In this document: positions 18,077-27,546 of the stretch, in pieces
Layout: each line of letters opens with the position of its first letter
Position numbering within the stretch: the first letter of the stretch is position 1
NCBI GenBank assembly: GCA_944372055.1
Contig: CALVYF010000006.1
Location: 1 to 52,962 of the forward strand
Direction: 5' to 3'
Source of the DNA: an uncultured Bacilli bacterium
GTDB taxonomy: Bacteria > Bacillota_I > Bacilli_A > RF39 > UBA660
DNA: 52,962 bases
The notes under the pieces: model-generated
What the model saw: only the letters and a program-made list of their open reading frames with translations
Database searches by the model: none
Told to the model about the DNA's origin: nothing
Translations under genes and position numbers: made by a program

Positions 18077-20392
18077 ATGAATGCTTGGTTAAAAAAGAAT
18101 TTCAATACATTATTAATTATTTTTATTTTATTGCAACCAATATTAGATTTAATTACCGGATTTGGAATCCATATATGGAAAATGGATATAACAATAGGAA
18201 TTATTATTAGAATGATATTTCTATTAGTTATTTTATATAGTGTGATGTTTGTCTACAAGAAAAAACAAAATTGGCTATATTATGGAATACTAATTGTTTA
18301 CGGACTCCTTTATGTATTAGGAATAATATTATTTAAAGATGGAGTAGGGCTATTCTCTGAAATACAAGGATTATGCCGAGTATTCTATTTTCCAGTATTA
18401 CTAATTGCTTTATATAGTATAAAAGATAAAATTAAAATTAGTAAAATGACTTTAATGGTAGTATTAGTTACATATTTAGTATGTATATTAGTACCAAATT
18501 GTCTAAATTTAGGTTTTGAAACTTACGAGATAACAAAAGCAGGAACCTTAGGATTCTTTAATTCAGCAAATGAAATTAGTGGTATCATTTCACTACTTAC
18601 ACCAATTATGATTTTAATATTTGTAAGCAGTAAAAAAATAATACCAGCAGTTATCATTTCGTGTATATATTTGTATGTAATTTTAACAATCGGTACGAAA
18701 ACGCCACTATTATCGTTAGGAATTACTATATTCTTTACTTATTTATGGTTTATTTATAATGCAGTAAAAGTAAAAAAATATAAAAGAATTGGAATTAGTT
18801 TAATAGCTTTAGTCTTATTTACAACAGCTTTAATCTTAATTTTACCAAAAACTACATTCTATAAAAATATTGAAACCCATCTAAATTATCTAAAACTAGA
18901 TAACGTAACAGAAGTGTTTGAAGATGAAAAATTAGTAGATCACTTTATCTTTAGTTCTAGACTAAAATTCATGAAGGAAAGACAACAAGATTATATGGAT
19001 GGAAATATTTATCAAAAACTATTTGGCATAGGATACCTAAATAATCAAAAAGAAGCAAAAGCTGTAGAAATGGATTATTTTGATATTTATTACAATCATG
19101 GAATAATAGGATTTATATTATTCTTTGGAATATATGGATATTTCTTCTACTTAATCATGAAAGAAAGACGAAAATTAGATTTTGAACAGTATATGCTATA
19201 CATCAGTATTTTACTAAGTATCTTTCTATCATTCTTCACTGGCCATATCATAACAGCACCAGCAGTCAGTATTTTAGTAACAGTCCTACTTTTAATGCTA
19301 GTAAAACAAAAGAAAAAAAGATTACTATTTACTGCTCATAGCTTAAATGTAGGAGGAATAGAAACTGCTTTAATAAATTTAGTAAATAGAATTAATTTGG
19401 AAAAATATCAAGTAGATATTTTATTAGAAAAAAAAGAAGGCATTTTCTTAGATAAAGTAAAAGAGGAGATTACAGTAAGAGAATTTAAAGTTTATAATAA
19501 TAAAAATGTAATCATAAGAAAAATATTAAACTTATCTAAACGATTAATTTATACAGCAACAGATTATCATACTTATGACTTTAGCTGCTGCTACGCTACA
19601 TACAGTTTAAGTGGAAGCAAACTATCTAAAATAGCATCAGTAAATAACAGTATATATATTCATAGTAATTATGAACATCTATATACAAAAGAAAAAGATT
19701 TTAGAGAATTTTTTGATAATCGAGATATAAGAAACTTCAAACATATTATCTTTGTATCTAATCAAGCTAAAGATTCATTCTTAAAGTATTATAAGGAAGA
19801 AGAAACAAAATGCTTAGTACTAAATAACTTTATTAATACAAAAGAAATAGAAGAAAAGAAAAAAGTAAAAATAGAAGAAAAAAAACCAAAAGATAAAACA
19901 TTATTTATGTTTATAGGTAGATTAGATGACACTTCTAAAAAGTTAGGAAGAGCAATTCATCTAATAAAAGAAATAAAGAAAGCAGAGTTATGGATTATAG
20001 GCGATGGAAAAGATAAAGATAAATATCAAGAAATGGTAAAAAAAGAAAAACTAGAAAATAGAATAAAGTTTTTAGGAGCAAAAAAGAATCCTTTTCCATA
20101 TATGAATATAGCAGACTATATTATCCTAACATCTGATTATGAAGGATTCCCTGTAACTTATTTAGAAGCAATAACTCTACATAAACCATTAATAACAACA
20201 ATAGATGTAAGTGATGATAAACTGGATATTGGAAAAGACTATGCATTTATCATTTCAAAAGATCAACAAGAAATGGTAAACCAAGTAAAAGAGATTTTAA
20301 AAGAAAATAAAAAGCCAAAGAAAATTGATGTTGAAAAACTACAATCTACCAGAATAGATGACTTTGAAAAATTATTTGACGGGGTGATATAA
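18077..20392 (+). CDS. Fusion of an O-antigen ligase/Wzy-like membrane domain and a GT4 (GT-B) glycosyltransferase
   Basis: N-terminal ~410 aa with ~12 TMs (QPILD, GFFNSANEISG, IGTKT, EMDYFD...GIIG); C-terminal LNVGGIE...GRLD...NPFPY...SDYEGFP..YLEA. Single uninterrupted ORF. Confidence 0.87.
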   Translation: MNAWLKKNFNTLLIIFILLQPILDLITGFGIHIWKMDITIGIIIRMIFLLVILYSVMFVYKKKQNWLYYGILIVYGLLYVLGIILFKDGVGLFSEIQGLCRVFYFPVLLIALYSIKDKIKISKMTLMVVLVTYLVCILVPNCLNLGFETYEITKAGTLGFFNSANEISGIISLLTPIMILIFVSSKKIIPAVIISCIYLYVILTIGTKTPLLSLGITIFFTYLWFIYNAVKVKKYKRIGISLIALVLFTTALILILPKTTFYKNIETHLNYLKLDNVTEVFEDEKLVDHFIFSSRLKFMKERQQDYMDGNIYQKLFGIGYLNNQKEAKAVEMDYFDIYYNHGIIGFILFFGIYGYFFYLIMKERRKLDFEQYMLYISILLSIFLSFFTGHIITAPAVSILVTVLLLMLVKQKKKRLLFTAHSLNVGGIETALINLVNRINLEKYQVDILLEKKEGIFLDKVKEEITVREFKVYNNKNVIIRKILNLSKRLIYTATDYHTYDFSCCYATYSLSGSKLSKIASVNNSIYIHSNYEHLYTKEKDFREFFDNRDIRNFKHIIFVSNQAKDSFLKYYKEEETKCLVLNNFINTKEIEEKKKVKIEEKKPKDKTLFMFIGRLDDTSKKLGRAIHLIKEIKKAELWIIGDGKDKDKYQEMVKKEKLENRIKFLGAKKNPFPYMNIADYIILTSDYEGFPVTYLEAITLHKPLITTIDVSDDKLDIGKDYAFIISKDQQEMVNQVKEILKENKKPKKIDVEKLQSTRIDDFEKLFDGVI

Positions 20393-21300
20393 TGCCAAAA
20401 TTTAGTATTGTAATACCAGTTCATAATGTTGAAAAATATTTAAAAAGAACTTTAGATAGTGTGTTTAATCAAACATATCAAGACTTTGAAGTGATTGTAG
20501 TAAATGATGGTTGCACAGATAAAAGTATGGAAATTGCTAAAAAATACAAAACAAAGATAATAGACCATAAACAAGTAGGAGTAAGTGAAGCCAGAAACAT
20601 AGGAGAAAAAGAGGCAAAAGGAGAATACTTACTCTTCTTGGATAGTGATGATTACTGGGATAAAGAACTGTTGGAAAAGATAAACGATAACTTAGATAAT
20701 AAGCCGGATTTAGTAAGGTTCCAAGTAAGAACAGTACAAGATACAGGAGAAGAAATGGATTACCCTGAAGTAGAATTTACAGGATTAAAGGGTGTAGAGG
20801 CATTTAATAAGATTGTAAACTTTCATTTTATAGAGAGTATATGGTGTTATGCTATTAAAAGGGAGTTTTATGAACATGCAAAATTTAAATTTAAAAAAGA
20901 TATGATACATGAGGACTTTGGATTAACACCACTAATTGTAATAAAAGCCAGTAAGGTAAACTCAATATCGTATATAGGATATAATTATTATAGAAGATCC
21001 GGAAGCATCATGAATACACCAGACTATAGTTGGACACAAAAAAAAGTGCATGATTTCTATTATCACTATAATTATTTAAGAAAAGAAATAGAAAAAGTAA
21101 AAGGGGACACATCAATATTTAAAAGTTATATAGCGAATAGTATGTTAAAAAAAATATGTGAATTAAATAAAGAGGATTATAAAAAGTATAAAAAAAGAGT
21201 AAAAAAGGACAAAGTAGCAACAGATTTATTAACAGATACATTACCAAGAAAAATAAAAAAGGTAATAGTATCTATAAGTCCAAGGTTATATTATAAATAG
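20392..21300 (+). CDS. GT2 family glycosyltransferase
   Basis: SIVIPVHN...VNDGCTD...ARN.G...FLDSDD...ED. Confidence 0.93.
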   Translation: MPKFSIVIPVHNVEKYLKRTLDSVFNQTYQDFEVIVVNDGCTDKSMEIAKKYKTKIIDHKQVGVSEARNIGEKEAKGEYLLFLDSDDYWDKELLEKINDNLDNKPDLVRFQVRTVQDTGEEMDYPEVEFTGLKGVEAFNKIVNFHFIESIWCYAIKREFYEHAKFKFKKDMIHEDFGLTPLIVIKASKVNSISYIGYNYYRRSGSIMNTPDYSWTQKKVHDFYYHYNYLRKEIEKVKGDTSIFKSYIANSMLKKICELNKEDYKKYKKRVKKDKVATDLLTDTLPRKIKKVIVSISPRLYYK

Positions 21301-21315
21301 AAGTAGAGGTGTCTT

Positions 21316-22311
21316 ATGAAAAAGGAAAATAAAAAAGAAGTAAAAGTAACAAATGAAAAGAAAGAAAAAATATCTATTATAGTTCCATGCTATAACGAAC
21401 AAGAATCATTGCCAATTTTTTATGAGGAAATCACAAAGATTGCCAAAGAAATGAAAAACCAAGAATTTGAATTTTTGTTTATCAATGATGGTAGTAAAGA
21501 TAATACTTTAAAAATATTAAAAGATTTAGCCAAAAAAGATGATAGGGTAAGATTTATATCTTTCTCTAGAAACTTCGGAAAAGAAGGGGGAATGTATGCC
21601 GGTCTAGAAAATGCAACGGGTGATTATGTCGCAATTATGGATGCCGATATGCAAGACCCACCATCAATGATTAAAACAATGTATCAAGATATTAAAGAAG
21701 AGGGATTTGATTGTGTCGCATTATGCAGTCCTAGTCATAAAGGTTATGGTATCGTACGAAAGTTCTTTACTAATTGTTGGTATAAATTAATCGGTAAAAT
21801 ATCATCAACTCCACAAGTGCCAGGAGCAAGAGATTTCCGTTTAATGAAAAGAAAAATGGTAGATGCTATCGTAAATATGAAAGAATATAATAGATATTCA
21901 AAAGGAATATTTAGCTTCGTAGGATTTAATACAAAATGGATAGAATATGAAGCACCAGATAGAGTAGCAGGAACATCTAAATTTAATTTCTGGAAGTTAT
22001 TTAAATATGCTCTAGAAGGAATATTAGCATTCTCAACTACACCATTAGTAATGGCTGCAATCATCGGATTGATTTTCTGTTTAATCGCTTTTATCGCAAT
22101 CATTGTAATTATTATAAAAACATTAGCCTTTGGAGACCCAGTAGGAGGATGGCCATCACTTGCATGTATGATAATGTTTGTTAGTGGAGTACAATTATTC
22201 TTCTTAGGAATATTTGGAATGTATATGTCAAAACTATATCTAGAAGTAAAGAAAAGACCAATCTATATTCCATCTGAAACAGAAAAAGATGTAAAGGAAG
22301 AAGAAAAATAA
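21316..22311 (+). CDS. GtrB/CsbB-like undecaprenyl-phosphate glycosyltransferase (GT2 + 2 C-terminal TMs)
   Basis: PCYNE, NDGSKD, FSRNFGKE, MDADMQDPP, DFRLM, R.AG.SKF, EVKKRPIY. Confidence 0.93.
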   Translation: MKKENKKEVKVTNEKKEKISIIVPCYNEQESLPIFYEEITKIAKEMKNQEFEFLFINDGSKDNTLKILKDLAKKDDRVRFISFSRNFGKEGGMYAGLENATGDYVAIMDADMQDPPSMIKTMYQDIKEEGFDCVALCSPSHKGYGIVRKFFTNCWYKLIGKISSTPQVPGARDFRLMKRKMVDAIVNMKEYNRYSKGIFSFVGFNTKWIEYEAPDRVAGTSKFNFWKLFKYALEGILAFSTTPLVMAAIIGLIFCLIAFIAIIVIIIKTLAFGDPVGGWPSLACMIMFVSGVQLFFLGIFGMYMSKLYLEVKKRPIYIPSETEKDVKEEEK

Positions 22312-22312
22312 T

Positions 22313-23263
22313 ATGATAGATATCAGTATTATTGTACCAATATATAATGCCGAGAGATATTTAAATAGATGTATAAAATCATTAATTAATCAAACAAAAG
22401 AAAACATAGAATTCATTTTAGTAAATGATGGATCAACAGACTCCTCTGAGGAAATAATAAAAAGTTATAAAGATAAAAGAATCAAATACTTTAAAAATAA
22501 AAATCAAGGTATTGGAAAAACTAGAAATTTTGGGATGAAAAAAGCAACAGGAAAATATATTATGTTCTTAGACAGTGATGATTATCTAGCAACCAATGCA
22601 TGTGAAGAATTATTTAATAAAGCAGAAAAAGATAACTTAGACTTAGTAATAAATAATTTTTATAGAGTAGAAGAAGAAACAGAAAAGAAAGTTGAAGTAA
22701 TTATTCCAGAATTTAAGAATACTACTTTAAAAGAAAATAAAAGGTTATTACTAGATGTTAACTTGGCCCCATGGAATAAACTATATAAAAGTGAGCTTCT
22801 AAAGGAAAATAAAATACAGTTTGTAGAAGATTTAAAATATGAAGATGCTCCATTTGTAGTAGAAGCTATGGATAAAGCTAAAAAAATAGGCTACATAAAA
22901 AAATTCTTAAATTATTATGTAATCCATAAAAATAGTGAAACAACAGTTAGAGATGAAAAAATATTTGATATTATAGAAATTGTTGATAAAATGAGAAAGT
23001 ATTTTTCTAAAAGAAAAGAATTCACAGAAACTGTGGATAAACTATCTGTAAGAATACTAACTAACTATACAATCCAACAAAGAGTGCAACAGGACAAAGA
23101 AGTAGGAATGCAATTTATTGATAGAGCTTTCCAATATATGAAAGAAAACATATCAGATTATAAAGATAACAAATATTATGAAAATAGAGGCTTTTTGCGA
23201 AGAACGATTGAAAAAAATCAATTCTTAACAAAGGTTTATTGCAAACATTACAAAAGCAGATAA
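22313..23263 (+). CDS. GT2 family glycosyltransferase
   Basis: SIIVPIYN, VNDGSTD, RNFG, FLDSDD, PWNKLY, YED. Confidence 0.93.
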   Translation: MIDISIIVPIYNAERYLNRCIKSLINQTKENIEFILVNDGSTDSSEEIIKSYKDKRIKYFKNKNQGIGKTRNFGMKKATGKYIMFLDSDDYLATNACEELFNKAEKDNLDLVINNFYRVEEETEKKVEVIIPEFKNTTLKENKRLLLDVNLAPWNKLYKSELLKENKIQFVEDLKYEDAPFVVEAMDKAKKIGYIKKFLNYYVIHKNSETTVRDEKIFDIIEIVDKMRKYFSKRKEFTETVDKLSVRILTNYTIQQRVQQDKEVGMQFIDRAFQYMKENISDYKDNKYYENRGFLRRTIEKNQFLTKVYCKHYKSR

Positions 23264-23280
23264 AGAATAGAGGTACTAGT

Positions 23281-24609
23281 ATGATAAAAAAAATAAAAAA
23301 CATAAAATTATCAAAGAAACAGCAAACTATTATCATTTTAGCAGCAATATTTATCATGATGTTAGTATTAAATTTATTAACTCCATTATTAGCTGATGAT
23401 TATTCTTATGGGATAGGTCTAGATAAGACGAGAATCGACAGTATAATAGATATTATTAACTTTCAGGTAAATCATTATTTAACGTGGGGAGGAAGAACAG
23501 TTGCTCATACAATTGCACAATGCTTCCTTCTTTTCCCTAAATGGATTTTTAGTATTGCCAATACATTTATTTATGTTGCACTAATATATTTAATATATTT
23601 ACATGCAAAGGGAGATAATACCAAGGATAAACCTTTACTATTATTATTAATTCATCTTGCATTGTGGTATTTATTGCCAGTATTTGGCCAAACCTGCTTA
23701 TGGTTGGTTGGATCATGTAATTACCTTTGGACAACAGTAATTATTTTATTTTTATTATTGCAGTATAGAAAGGACAATAATAAAAACAACTCACTAAAAA
23801 AAGCAGTAGCGATATTCTTATTAGGAATACTAGCTGCTTGGACCAACGAAAACACTTCTGTTGGTTTGTTAGTAGTAATTATAGGATTATTAGTTATAAA
23901 GAAATTAAAACATCAAAAGTTAAAAAAGTGGGAAATTAGCGGATTAGCTGGTTCTATACTAGGCTTTTTAATTTTAATATTAGCTCCAGGTAATTTTGTT
24001 AGGTCTGAAAGCTTTGAAGATAATACATTTATATTGGTAAAGTTAATAAAACGAGTAATAGAAGATACAACAGCAATGCTTAATTATACTATGCCGCTAT
24101 TGATATTAGGAGTGATATTAATTACTATCTATATTTACAATAGAAAAAAAATCAAGTCCGAAGTATTCGTATATATTTTAGCAGGCTTCTTAACAACTTA
24201 TGCTATGGTTTTATCTCCAACATTTCCAGCAAGAGCATGGACAGGAGTGTTTGTTTTTTGGATAATCGCTTGCCTACAATTAATATACAATTTAGATGAT
24301 ATAAATAAAATATTTAATCCTATAATAACAGATACTATTATAATTTTATCGCTTTTTTATATAATCCCATTTATAAACACAACAAGAGATGTATTGAATT
24401 TAAATAGAGTTTGGACATCTAGAGTGGAATATATAGAAAAAGAAAAGTCCAAAGGAAACAAAGATATAGAAGTAGAAGCTTATTATAACGGTGGAAATCA
24501 CAGTCCTAATTATGATGTGGCTGACATTGGAAGCTCAAAAAAAGGATGGCCTAATGAAGATGTTGCACATTATTTTAATATTAAATCAATCAAATCAATT
24601 AGCGAATAA
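23281..24609 (+). CDS. DUF6056-like GT-C membrane glycosyltransferase
   Basis: Start ATG 23281 after GAGGT; PLLADDYSY...WGGR, W..GSCNYLW, NEN, APGN..R motifs; many TMs. Confidence 0.78.
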   Translation: MIKKIKNIKLSKKQQTIIILAAIFIMMLVLNLLTPLLADDYSYGIGLDKTRIDSIIDIINFQVNHYLTWGGRTVAHTIAQCFLLFPKWIFSIANTFIYVALIYLIYLHAKGDNTKDKPLLLLLIHLALWYLLPVFGQTCLWLVGSCNYLWTTVIILFLLLQYRKDNNKNNSLKKAVAIFLLGILAAWTNENTSVGLLVVIIGLLVIKKLKHQKLKKWEISGLAGSILGFLILILAPGNFVRSESFEDNTFILVKLIKRVIEDTTAMLNYTMPLLILGVILITIYIYNRKKIKSEVFVYILAGFLTTYAMVLSPTFPARAWTGVFVFWIIACLQLIYNLDDINKIFNPIITDTIIILSLFYIIPFINTTRDVLNLNRVWTSRVEYIEKEKSKGNKDIEVEAYYNGGNHSPNYDVADIGSSKKGWPNEDVAHYFNIKSIKSISE

Positions 24610-24671
24610 TTATGTAGATTAAAAATAGAAAGGTATCAATGATAAACAACAAATATCATTGAGGTGAAAAA

Positions 24672-26429
24672 ATGAAAAAAAAGAAAAATAATAAAGATTG
24701 GAACAATATATGGAATGTATTTCAAGAATCATCACTTTTTTTATTAATAACAATTACACTAACATTAATTATAACCAATTTATTATTTGTTTTTAATATA
24801 ACAATTACCAAATTTCATTTACCAATTATATACATTCTTTCATCAATCAGTTATATAATTTGGAAGAGAAAGGAATGGAAGAAATCTATTGTTGTTATAT
24901 TAATTGCATCGATTGTATTTGTTGGATGTGCATACATTGCTACAGCAACATATGATGGAACTCCGGATGGTAACACGTATCATAAATTATCGGTAGGTGC
25001 TCTAAAAAATGGATGGAACCCACTTTATGAAAGTGTGGGGGATTTTAATAAAAAAGAAGGAAACCCATTTGATATTTATAAAGACAATGTAAACGTAAAT
25101 TGGGCAGATCACTATGCAAGGGGAACAGAAACATTCGGTGCAGTGGTTTATGCATTTAGTGGAAATATAGAAACAGGAAAAATGTTTAATCTATTGTGGA
25201 TTTATATAGGATTATTTATTATATTTGGATTGCTAAAACAAATGAATTTAAATACTTGGAAAAGTCTACTAGTAGCAATAATTCTAGCATTTAATCCTAT
25301 TATCTTAGTACAGATAGCTAACTATTATTTAGATGGTGTTTTAGCAATTAGTCTATTTATTATTATATTATGTTGTCTATTGCAATTTAAAAAGTTATCA
25401 AAAGAAGAAGAAAAAAACAACTATCTTATTTTAGCAATGTCAATTATATGGTGTTGCAATGCTAAATTTACTGGTCTAGCTTTTGCAGCAGTATTTTGTG
25501 GTATATATTATCTATACAAGCATATTAGAAACTACATAAGAAATAAAGATAGTTTTAAAAAAATATTTATTAAAGATACATTATTTTATATAGTTACCGT
25601 AATAATTGCTATTGTAGTGGTAGGAGGATCAACTTATACAAAAAATTTAATTGATCATGGGAATCCACTTTATCCATTATACGGAAAAGGTCATGTTGAT
25701 AATATGGTAATGATGGAAATTCCAAAATCATTACAAAAAGAAAATAGATTAACAATATTCTTAACAAGTATTTTTGCAAAAGGAGAAAATGTTTCGCCAA
25801 GTTACTCTAACGAAGGAAACGAACCGGATATAAAAATCCCATTAACTTTTTCTCAAAAAGAACTAGATAATTATTCTATACCAGATATTAGAATGGGTGG
25901 ATTTGGACCATTATTTAGTGCAATATTTATTCTAGGAATAATTGGCACCGTAATAATAGTTATAGAATATATTAGAAAAAAAGATTGGAACCAATTAATC
26001 CCTTATGGCATTACATTGGTATTGATTACGTGCTTAATTTTACTTTTAGATGGAGGATATTGGGCAAGGTATATACCATATTTCTACTTAGTTCCTGTAT
26101 TTGTATTAATTCATTACTTTCAAAAAGAATTTAAATTAAGTAAGGCTGCCAATATTTTTGCATTGATAATTGCTTTCATCTTCATAATAAATTCTGGTCT
26201 AATTTTAAGAACACAATATCACAGTATTACTAATAACAATTCATATGTTCAAATTAGATTAGATGAATTTCAAACATATGCAAAAGAAAACAAAAATAAA
26301 GAAATCTTAATTAATCTACAACATCATGGTATTCAAGGTGTGCAATATAATATTGATGATTTAGGAATTAAAAACTATAAATTAACAGATAAAAAACAGA
26401 AAAATGATGCTTATATGTTTACTTATTAA
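24672..26429 (+). CDS. Polytopic membrane protein, probable GT-C fold glycosyltransferase
   Basis: About 13 TMs; loop DG.TYH, YYLDG, KFTG, GNPLYP, DIRMGGFGPLF, WARYIP. Confidence 0.65.
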   Translation: MKKKKNNKDWNNIWNVFQESSLFLLITITLTLIITNLLFVFNITITKFHLPIIYILSSISYIIWKRKEWKKSIVVILIASIVFVGCAYIATATYDGTPDGNTYHKLSVGALKNGWNPLYESVGDFNKKEGNPFDIYKDNVNVNWADHYARGTETFGAVVYAFSGNIETGKMFNLLWIYIGLFIIFGLLKQMNLNTWKSLLVAIILAFNPIILVQIANYYLDGVLAISLFIIILCCLLQFKKLSKEEEKNNYLILAMSIIWCCNAKFTGLAFAAVFCGIYYLYKHIRNYIRNKDSFKKIFIKDTLFYIVTVIIAIVVVGGSTYTKNLIDHGNPLYPLYGKGHVDNMVMMEIPKSLQKENRLTIFLTSIFAKGENVSPSYSNEGNEPDIKIPLTFSQKELDNYSIPDIRMGGFGPLFSAIFILGIIGTVIIVIEYIRKKDWNQLIPYGITLVLITCLILLLDGGYWARYIPYFYLVPVFVLIHYFQKEFKLSKAANIFALIIAFIFIINSGLILRTQYHSITNNNSYVQIRLDEFQTYAKENKNKEILINLQHHGIQGVQYNIDDLGIKNYKLTDKKQKNDAYMFTY

Positions 26430-26448
26430 AATCCGAAGGAGGTAAAAG

Positions 26449-27546
26449 ATGAAAAAAGAAAGATTGCAATATTGTGATGCACTCAAGACAATTGCCATAT
26501 TTTTAATAGTAGCAATTCATGTTCTTGCCTTCTTCAGGGATACTTATGTTTCTACTAATAGATTATATTATACATTAATTACTTTTGTAGACGCTTTGAC
26601 TAGAGTGGGTGTTCCAATATTTTTTATGATTACAGGAACATTCATGCTTTCAAAAAAACGAGAAGAAAAATATTCGACATATTTATTAAAAAGATTACCA
26701 AAATTAGTGATACCTTTCTTTCTAATTTCTATTATTTATTATCTATATGAAAATAATAAAAATGGTATGACAGGCAGCTTACTAAACTTTTTGCAAGTAT
26801 TTACTTCATCTGGTGGAGTCAAATATCATTTTTGGTTTATGTATATTATTATAATGATATACATATTTATTCCATTTCTAAGAGTATTAGTACAGAATTT
26901 AAAGAAAAAAGAATTAAGAAATTTGATAATTATAATCTTTGTTTTAGGTAATGTTTTAAAAACAATTAATTACTATTTAGGAAATTATAATTATAATTTA
27001 TTTCGTGGCTTTTGTCTAAGTGATTTGGTAACATATATAAACTATGTTTTATTAGGATATTATTTATATACATATGAAGTTAATACAACTCTTAGAAAAA
27101 AAATTTATATATTAGGAATAATCTTTATTTTAATTCTACCATTTGCAGATATGCTATATATCGATAATGCTCGAAATGATGCTATGCTTACCTGTGTTTC
27201 TATTTTCCCATTTATTCCATCTATCGCATTTTATTTACTATTTAAGTATAATTATAATCAGTGGAAAGTACCAGCAATTATAACAAAAATAATTAATATA
27301 ATTGCTCCTGTCACTTTGTATATTTATCTACTTCATGTAATTATTATGGAAGTAGTCATGAAATTAATTAACAAATTTTGGTTTCCACAAAATATATTTG
27401 AAAATGCCATATATTACTTTGGTGTATATATAGTTACATTCGTTATAACAAGTATATTAGCTATCATATGCAATCGTACATATAATTTTTGTGAAACTAA
27501 GGTAAATGGAATAATCAAAAAGAAGGAGTCCGCAAATGAAAAATAA
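26449..27546 (+). CDS. Acyltransferase 3 family (polysaccharide O-acetyltransferase)
   Basis: D.LK.IAI..IV.IH, VPIFFMITG, HFWFM, YIYLLH. Confidence 0.92.
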   Translation: MKKERLQYCDALKTIAIFLIVAIHVLAFFRDTYVSTNRLYYTLITFVDALTRVGVPIFFMITGTFMLSKKREEKYSTYLLKRLPKLVIPFFLISIIYYLYENNKNGMTGSLLNFLQVFTSSGGVKYHFWFMYIIIMIYIFIPFLRVLVQNLKKKELRNLIIIIFVLGNVLKTINYYLGNYNYNLFRGFCLSDLVTYINYVLLGYYLYTYEVNTTLRKKIYILGIIFILILPFADMLYIDNARNDAMLTCVSIFPFIPSIAFYLLFKYNYNQWKVPAIITKIINIIAPVTLYIYLLHVIIMEVVMKLINKFWFPQNIFENAIYYFGVYIVTFVITSILAIICNRTYNFCETKVNGIIKKKESANEK

